Origin: an uncultured delta proteobacterium | GTDB taxonomy: Bacteria > Desulfobacterota > Desulfobacteria > Desulfobacterales > B30-G6 | Assembly: GCA_963823335.1 (NCBI GenBank) | Contig: CAWGLD010000007.1 | Coordinates: 96,001 to 160,000 of the forward strand | DNA length: 64,000 nucleotides | Reading direction: 5' to 3' | Shown here: piece after piece, positions 58,628 through 64,000 of the stretch | Numbering within the stretch: position 1 is the stretch's first letter | How the letters are laid out: each line of letters begins with the position of its first letter | The notes under the pieces: generated by a model | Told to the model about the DNA's origin: nothing | Databases searched by the model: none | What the model saw: the letters and a program-made list of their open reading frames with translations, nothing else | Program-made: the position numbers and the translations under genes

Positions 58628-60292
58628 TCCTGATTTTATATCCACCAGCTTGCCGTTGAAGATCTCGATGGCATCAGCCACCAGTGGATGGTGCAGAAGA
58701 TCCTTTTTCAACCGGTTTGCTGCCTTGATCTGTTCTCTTTTGGGTTGGCCGTTCATGTTTACCCCGGCATGGATCACGACGCTCATCTTCCGGTCGTAAA
58801 AAGAGTTGGAAATCTGTTCTAAAATTTTGATATTTTCTTTGCGCTTCATCCGTTTGTAATTAAAGTCACTCCCGTTGACCTCTATTTCAAGCGTGTTCCC
58901 GGACAGCTTTAGCAGCCTGGAATGGGCCAAGTTGGGAGCCAGAGACGGATACCGTTCCGAAATAACATCCAGGATCGCCTGCCATGGGTCTGATTTGTCA
59001 GTGGAGGCTGATAAAGCCGGATCCGACGAAGATAGTTCTGCCGGGGATGCATGCTCCTGCCGGTCTGTCTGCGGCTCCAGGACAGCTGAATCACCATTAG
59101 CGTCAAACCCTTTTTGCGTTTCAGACAGGCAGAGATCCTGCCCCGATGAAAATTGTTTCTGAATGTCATCGAGCTTTTCAATCAGATCATTGATGGGCAG
59201 CGCCGGTCTGATATTGAGCAGTTTGATCATCACCACCTCAAACGCCATATGAGGTCGCGATGACCACTTAATGGTACGTTCTTCTCTGAAAAGCACGTCC
59301 AGAACTTGACTCAGATGCAACGGGGAAACCCCCTGCACCTGCTTCTTCAGGATATCGATCTCGTGAGAGGGCAGATCCATGAGATTATGAGAATCCGAGC
59401 TCAGTTTGATCACCAACAGGTTTCTGAAATGTTCCATCAAACGGGTGTACAGGTCAACGATGCTATGGCCGTGCCGGTAGACCGTATCGATAATTTTCAA
59501 AATCCGTGGGGCATCACCTTTGAAGGTCGCATGGGCCAGTTCGTGGACAACCGCTCGATCGACGACCCCCAGGACATCGATAACCTCACTGTGTGTCACA
59601 GTACCGCTGGTGCCGGTCGTCACCTGGTCGAGAAGACTCAGGGCATCCCGCATGCTGCCGTCGGCTTCCCTGGCGATGAGATCAAAACTCTCGTCGGGGA
59701 TGTCAATACCTTCTTTGCGGCAGATGGATATCAAATGCCCGGTGATGTCGGAAGTCTCGATACGTTTCATGTCATACCGCTGGCACCGGGACAGAATGGT
59801 AATCGGAATTTTTCTCGGCTCTGTTGTTGCAAACAAAAAAATGACATGGGCGGGCGGTTCTTCCAGGGTTTTCAACAAGGCGTTGAAAGCGGCAGCGCTC
59901 AACATGTGGACTTCATCGATAATATATATTTTATAAGAACTGTGCGCCGGCAGGTACTTGATATTTTCCCGGATTTCCCTGACCTGTTCCACGCCATTGT
60001 TCGATGCACCATCGATCTCGAAAACATCTGTGGCGTTGCCGGAAGTAATTTCGGAACATGAACTGCAGGTATTACAGGGTACCGGTACCGGGCCTGCCTC
60101 GCAGTTCATCGCCTTGGCAAGTATTCGTGCAATGGTTGTTTTTCCGGTACCCCTGGGTCCGGTAAACAGGATCGCATGCGCCAGTCGGTTCGATGAAATT
60201 GCATTTTTCAGTGTCTGGGTGACATGGGTTTGTGCCACAACCTCATCGAATGTTTGCGGGCGGTATTTTCTTGCAAGAACCAAGTAAGACAT
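58625..60292 (-). CDS. dnaX: DNA polymerase III subunit gamma/tau
   Basis: MSYLVLARKYRP, GPRGTGKT, IIDEVHML and SRC motifs. Confidence 0.97.
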   Translation of the reverse strand: MSYLVLARKYRPQTFDEVVAQTHVTQTLKNAISSNRLAHAILFTGPRGTGKTTIARILAKAMNCEAGPVPVPCNTCSSCSEITSGNATDVFEIDGASNNGVEQVREIRENIKYLPAHSSYKIYIIDEVHMLSAAAFNALLKTLEEPPAHVIFLFATTEPRKIPITILSRCQRYDMKRIETSDITGHLISICRKEGIDIPDESFDLIAREADGSMRDALSLLDQVTTGTSGTVTHSEVIDVLGVVDRAVVHELAHATFKGDAPRILKIIDTVYRHGHSIVDLYTRLMEHFRNLLVIKLSSDSHNLMDLPSHEIDILKKQVQGVSPLHLSQVLDVLFREERTIKWSSRPHMAFEVVMIKLLNIRPALPINDLIEKLDDIQKQFSSGQDLCLSETQKGFDANGDSAVLEPQTDRQEHASPAELSSSDPALSASTDKSDPWQAILDVISERYPSLAPNLAHSRLLKLSGNTLEIEVNGSDFNYKRMKRKENIKILEQISNSFYDRKMSVVIHAGVNMNGQPKREQIKAANRLKKDLLHHPLVADAIEIFNGKLVDIKSG

Positions 60293-60342
60293 GGATGGGA
60301 AACCCTCGGGAACAACGCTGATATATTTGAAATTATTACTAA

Positions 60343-60420
60343 TTGAAACACCTCGCAGCAAGCTACAAGGAATGTCCTGCCTTACGGCAGAACCTACGGG
60401 AAATGCGCTCGCTGTTGCGG
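60343..60420 (-). mobile_element. PATE-like element, 78 bp
   Basis: TTGAA|CCGCAACAGCGAGCGCA ... GCTTGCTGCGAGGTGTTTCAA; same length and layout as 4078-4155. Confidence 0.75.
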
Positions 60421-60481
60421 TTCAAACATTCTTAAAGTATGAAAAACTCACTTCAGGCCCTGTTGGTTCACAGATGATTTA

Positions 60482-60575
60482 TGGCGGAGAGAGAGGGATT
60501 CGAACCCTCGGTGCCGCTATTAACAGCACACACGATTTCCAGTCGTGCTCCTTCAGCCAGCTCGGACATCTCTCC
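60482..60575 (-). tRNA. tRNA-Ser(GGA)
   Basis: GGAGAGA acceptor, CACGA-CTGGAAA-TCGTG anticodon arm, long variable arm, TTCGAAT, GCCA end. Confidence 0.97.
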
Positions 60576-60873
60576 GTATTTTTCGTGGGTCATCGATTTG
60601 TACAAGGGTGGTTTTATAATGCTTTTATATTGATTGATCAATGAATATGTTTCGTTTTTTTTCACAACCACAAATCCACAGCTGTCGCAAATAATTTAAT
60701 TAATAATTACGAGATATTATCCCATTGCCCATAAACGACTTCCCTTGATATTCCCACCGTATTGCCCGTCAAAATGCCACAACCTGAAAAATATGTCAAG
60801 ATTGGCTCCACCGGTCTTGACAATCCGCTGAGATGTTCTAAGCTTGCCAAATTATTTCTTTTGGAAAACTTCC

Positions 60874-61755
60874 ATGAATGCGGATGCAAAAAAACATACC
60901 CGAAAACTTGGTACTGTTGGCGATATCATTCGAAATCTCTGTTTGATCGGTCTTGGCAACACACTGATCGCCATAGCCGTCAACGGCATCGTCATCCCCC
61001 ACGCGTTTCTGAGCGGCGGCGTCACCGGCACGGCCCTCCTGATTCATTACCTGTTTCCCTTTCTACCGGTGGCAGCGCTCTATCTACTGCTGAACATACC
61101 CCTGTTTGCAATTGGCTGGGCTTTTGTGGGTCGCCGTTTCTTTATTTACAGTATTGTCGGCATGCTTTCCCTGACCGGTACCCTGGAATGGGTGCATGTG
61201 AGTGTTCCTTTGCAGGACAAATTTCTTGCCGCTCTTTTTGCCGGTATCCTAACTGGAATTGGCGGGGGGCTGACTCTCCGGTCCCACGGTTCTGCCGGTG
61301 GGTTGGATATTCTCTCGGTAATTCTTTTAAAGCGATTTTCCATATCGATTGGAAAAACGTTTCTTTCCATCAACGCCGTCGTCCTCGTGGTAACAACCTT
61401 TTTGTTTTCCCTTGAAACAGCCCTTTTTTCATTTGTTTATATCTATATAACCACACGCATGATGGAGCTTGTCATCACGGGCATCAGCAAACGCAAGGCT
61501 GTGCTCATCATCTCGGATCAGTGGGTTAAAATTTCAGAAGAAATCCTGTTCAGGCTGGAGCGTGGGGTCACGCAACTTCACGGGCAGGGTGGGTATAGCG
61601 GTAAGGCCCAAAGAATCCTGTATGCCGTTGTGAGCATACGTGAACTGCACCGCATCAAGCGCATTGTTCAGGATATTGACCCCGCGGCCTTCTTGGTGGT
61701 TCAGGATACCCTCGAGGTGATGGGATACGGAATTGGAAACCAACCGCACTGGTAA
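60874..61755 (+). CDS. YitT family membrane protein
   Basis: SGGVTG, NIPLF, GS.GGLD, RGVT...G.G.YSG and DP.AF motifs. Confidence 0.92.
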   Translation: MNADAKKHTRKLGTVGDIIRNLCLIGLGNTLIAIAVNGIVIPHAFLSGGVTGTALLIHYLFPFLPVAALYLLLNIPLFAIGWAFVGRRFFIYSIVGMLSLTGTLEWVHVSVPLQDKFLAALFAGILTGIGGGLTLRSHGSAGGLDILSVILLKRFSISIGKTFLSINAVVLVVTTFLFSLETALFSFVYIYITTRMMELVITGISKRKAVLIISDQWVKISEEILFRLERGVTQLHGQGGYSGKAQRILYAVVSIRELHRIKRIVQDIDPAAFLVVQDTLEVMGYGIGNQPHW

Positions 61756-61795
61756 TAAAATCGTTGCACGATTTTATCGAACGCGACGTTGTCGC
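61755..61795 (+). repeat. double-hairpin repeat, copy 2
   Basis: ATAAAATCGT-tgc-ACGATTTTAT followed by GCGAC-gtt-GTCGC. Confidence 0.8.
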
Positions 61796-61874
61796 TCTTA
61801 TTTAGGGCCGATTTTGGGGACGTACCTTGATTTATAAGTTACCAATTGGAAAGGTACCTGGTTGACAAGCGGAG

Positions 61875-61964
61875 TGGCCGAAGGGGTGGGATTTGAACCC
61901 ACGGAACGCTTGCGCGTTCACCGGTTTTCGAGACCGGCTCCTTAAGCCGCTCGGACACCCTTCG
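61875..61964 (-). tRNA. tRNA-Ser(CGA)
   Basis: CGAAGGG/CCCTTCG acceptor, CCGGT-CTCGAAA-ACCGG anticodon arm, long variable arm, TTCAAAT, GCCA end. Confidence 0.93.
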
Positions 61965-62016
61965 GAACGTGATTTTTTTTACCCCTACAATTGATGAAGC
62001 GAAGATGTCAATACCA

Positions 62017-62057
62017 ATAAAATCGTTTCACGATTTTATCAAACGCGACCTTGTCGC
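62017..62057 (+). repeat. double-hairpin repeat, copy 3
   Basis: ATAAAATCGT-ttc-ACGATTTTAT followed by GCGAC-ctt-GTCGC. Confidence 0.8.
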
Positions 62058-62137
62058 TTTTTTTATGCATGCGTTTGCGCGTTAAAGTCGCTGATTACCC
62101 CCTCCCAATCCAAAACGATTGAAAACTCCCCGACCCT

Positions 62138-62884
62138 TTAAAAAGTTGGAACGATCAACTTAGGAAGGAACATGGCTTCCACTTCTTCCGTATATGTACC
62201 ATCTTCAGTGTAAATAATGATCGGCGGACCCACTTTCAGCCCCGGCCTCCCCTGCTTGACACCCTCTATCATCATGAGCTTTGAATCAGCCCCCCTTCTT
62301 GAATGGATAAAACGCACATTTTTAGGCTCGAGCCCGCAGGATTTCATATGATGGACCAACTCCGGTAGGCGCTCGGAAGTATAAACAAGCACAAACAGCC
62401 CGGCCCTTTTCAAAATGTCACTGGCGGTCTTTACAACATCAAGAAGGGTTACCTTGATTTCATGCCTTGCCACGGCCCGCTGCCGGTTCGGATTGATTCT
62501 TCCGGATGCAGCCTTGCGAAAAGGAGGATTGCTGACCACAATATCGACGGGTCCCTGAAACATGGCGGGTTGGATGGTGCGCATATCCCGACAGAAAATC
62601 CGGATACTTCCTTCCATCCTATTCTCCCTGACATTGACATCCGCTATGTCCGCCAGTTCTTTCTGGATCTCTATACCGAACATCTGGATCTCAGGGTGTC
62701 GAAAACCGGCGATCAGCGGCACAATACCGCAACCCGTTCCCAGGTCCACAACCCGCTCACCCAGTTTGGGTCTGACACGGTGTGCCAGAATAACAGCATC
62801 GATGGAGAACCGATATCCCACCCGCTCCTGCCTGACCGTCAGCTTGCCGTTAAAAAATGTATCCTGGGAAAATCTGGCTGGCAT
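62138..62884 (-). CDS. tRNA1(Val) A37 N6-methyltransferase-like protein
   Basis: GYRFSIDAV.L, DLGTGCG, NPPF and ARHE motifs. Confidence 0.88.
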   Translation of the reverse strand: MPARFSQDTFFNGKLTVRQERVGYRFSIDAVILAHRVRPKLGERVVDLGTGCGIVPLIAGFRHPEIQMFGIEIQKELADIADVNVRENRMEGSIRIFCRDMRTIQPAMFQGPVDIVVSNPPFRKAASGRINPNRQRAVARHEIKVTLLDVVKTASDILKRAGLFVLVYTSERLPELVHHMKSCGLEPKNVRFIHSRRGADSKLMMIEGVKQGRPGLKVGPPIIIYTEDGTYTEEVEAMFLPKLIVPTF

Positions 62885-63204
62885 CAGTCCACCGGACCGA
62901 TTTTAAATTTGATATCCTGCACCGAAACCTCTTTCAGTGCATGGTTGATCTTCCGGATAATCTCCGGCTTCAGAAATCTGAGTTGCTGCAGCCAGCTGGA
63001 ACTGGTGGCATTCACGATCAACAGATCACCCTTGAATGCTGCCGGACGCGTATTTGCCGCAATCACTTCTCCCACGGACGCTTCCCAGATATCCCAGACC
63101 TGGATCAGAGATGTGTCCGTTGCCAGACGATGATTCTTAAGCATCTCCCGGATCACACTGCCTAGATGAACAAACGCTCGTTTTTCTTTAACTGGTCTGG
63201 TCAT
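62884..63204 (-). CDS. DciA/DUF721 family protein
   Basis: W...VG..IA..T.P......L.V...SS.W.QQL pattern. Confidence 0.85.
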   Translation of the reverse strand: MTRPVKEKRAFVHLGSVIREMLKNHRLATDTSLIQVWDIWEASVGEVIAANTRPAAFKGDLLIVNATSSSWLQQLRFLKPEIIRKINHALKEVSVQDIKFKIGPVD

Positions 63205-63215
63205 GCGCCTAACGT

Positions 63216-63268
63216 TTTTGTGTTTGGTGTTTTGTATTTTGTGTTTGGTGTTTGGTGTTTGGTGTTTT
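63216..63268. repeat. (TTTGGTG)n heptamer tract
   Basis: About 7 degenerate heptamers immediately upstream of the DciA-like gene. Confidence 0.8.
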
Positions 63269-63341
63269 TACATATTTAAGACCAGGTTCGTCAATAAAAA
63301 CCCCTGCCGTTCCTGTCAAGATCTCATTTGTCCGTTTTTCC

Positions 63342-63370
63342 TTGACTTGGAGACCCTGGGATATTAGATT
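63342..63370 (+). promoter_or_regulatory. putative sigma70 promoter for hflK
   Basis: TTGACT-N17-TAGATT. Confidence 0.4.
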
Positions 63371-63453
63371 AATAACTTACATTTCATGTCGAATTCACCT
63401 ATAGCCGTATACATATTTAAAATCATCTATCACCCTATGACAAGGTAATTATT

Positions 63454-64000
63454 ATGAATTGGGATTGGGAAAAATTAAAAGAACAGCAACAGGATGGCAG
63501 AGGCATTCCACCGCAAGTGGACGAACTGTTCAAACAGTTCAAGAAACTCAAGCTCCCCGGGGGGGCTTTGATGATTCTGATCCTCGCGGCATTGTTTTTT
63601 GGGTCCTCGGTGGTCTTCACGATAAAGCAGGATGAGGTCGGGGTGATACAACGTTTCGGGAAATACGTACGTACCGAAGAGCCCGGCCTGAATTTCAAGC
63701 TGCCGGCAGGTATTGAAAAGGTCACCAAGGTCAATGTCAAACGTGTCAACACAGAAGAGTTCGGGGTTGCCACCACCAGCGGGGCTCAAAACTCCCGCTA
63801 CGTGACCACCAACGAAAACATGAACGTCGCCCTGATGCTGACCGGTGATCTGAATGTCGGCCTGGTCCCGTGGATCGTCCAGTACCGGATTAAAAACCCG
63901 TTCGATTATCTCTTCAAGGTCAAGGAACCCCGGAACCTGCTGATCGACATGTCAGAGGCAGCCATGAGACTGGTTGTGGGGGATCGAAGCATCAACGAGG
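63454..64000 (+). CDS. hflK: FtsH modulator HflK (runs off window end)
   Basis: Manual translation MNWDWEKL...PPQVDEL...EVGVIQRFGKY...PGLNFKLP..IE...MLTGDLN...W.VQYRI (SPFH domain). Confidence 0.9.
   Translation, partial: MNWDWEKLKEQQQDGRGIPPQVDELFKQFKKLKLPGGALMILILAALFFGSSVVFTIKQDEVGVIQRFGKYVRTEEPGLNFKLPAGIEKVTKVNVKRVNTEEFGVATTSGAQNSRYVTTNENMNVALMLTGDLNVGLVPWIVQYRIKNPFDYLFKVKEPRNLLIDMSEAAMRLVVGDRSINE

Noticed and set aside
59100-59125. Programmed -1 frameshift in dnaX
   Set aside because: CAA AAA GGG TTT is not an in-frame X XXY YYZ heptamer.
60293-60481. SRP RNA (ffs), often found upstream of dnaX
   Set aside because: No CAGG-CCGGAAGGAAGCAGC-type core; the gap holds the PATE-like element. 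A CTTCCGGACCTGA match at about 15554 sits in a 26-bp gap, too short for ffs.
60482-61964. Prophage or island integrated at a tRNA-Ser
   Set aside because: No integrase and no duplicated tRNA 3' end was found.

Overview
Chromosomal window from a deltaproteobacterium, most likely Desulfobacterales-like (inferred from gene content and order). Core genes: folE2-ttcA-rpoZ-greA-asd, pssA-psd-tsaB-lon, pilD, rplM-rpsI, tolQRAB-pal-cpoB-ruvCAB, sdhCAB, dnaX-ybaB-recR, two tRNA-Ser genes, dciA and a partial hflK. Accessory genes include a TetR/acyl-CoA dehydrogenase/gabD block, a Yej/Opp-type ABC transporter with a frameshifted binding protein, a Pat-type acetyltransferase and a CsgG/FlgT lipoprotein cluster. 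Two things stand out. (1) An AT-richer islet at about 23.0-25.8 kb encodes a Soj/ParA ATPase fused to a glycogen-binding CBM48 (AMPK-beta-like) domain. It is followed by a partner carrying only the ParB-type 'LGRGL' peptide, and preceded by a consensus sigma70 promoter, tandem NrdR-box-like sites and an attenuator-like leader. This is a candidate glycogen-granule positioning system (inference). (2) The intergenic DNA is crowded with several small repeat families: four-helix-bundle gene cassettes inside inverted microsatellite arms (intact, deleted and empty forms), an IS200/IS605-type non-autonomous element with a visible empty/filled site pair (target TTGAA), TA-ended MITEs, a 107-bp dispersed repeat, a 103-bp tandem array in the ruv operon and an 18-bp-period array of GNA-triloop mini-hairpins. 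No CRISPR array, rRNA gene or intact transposase was seen. All family assignments come from motif recognition; no searches were run.
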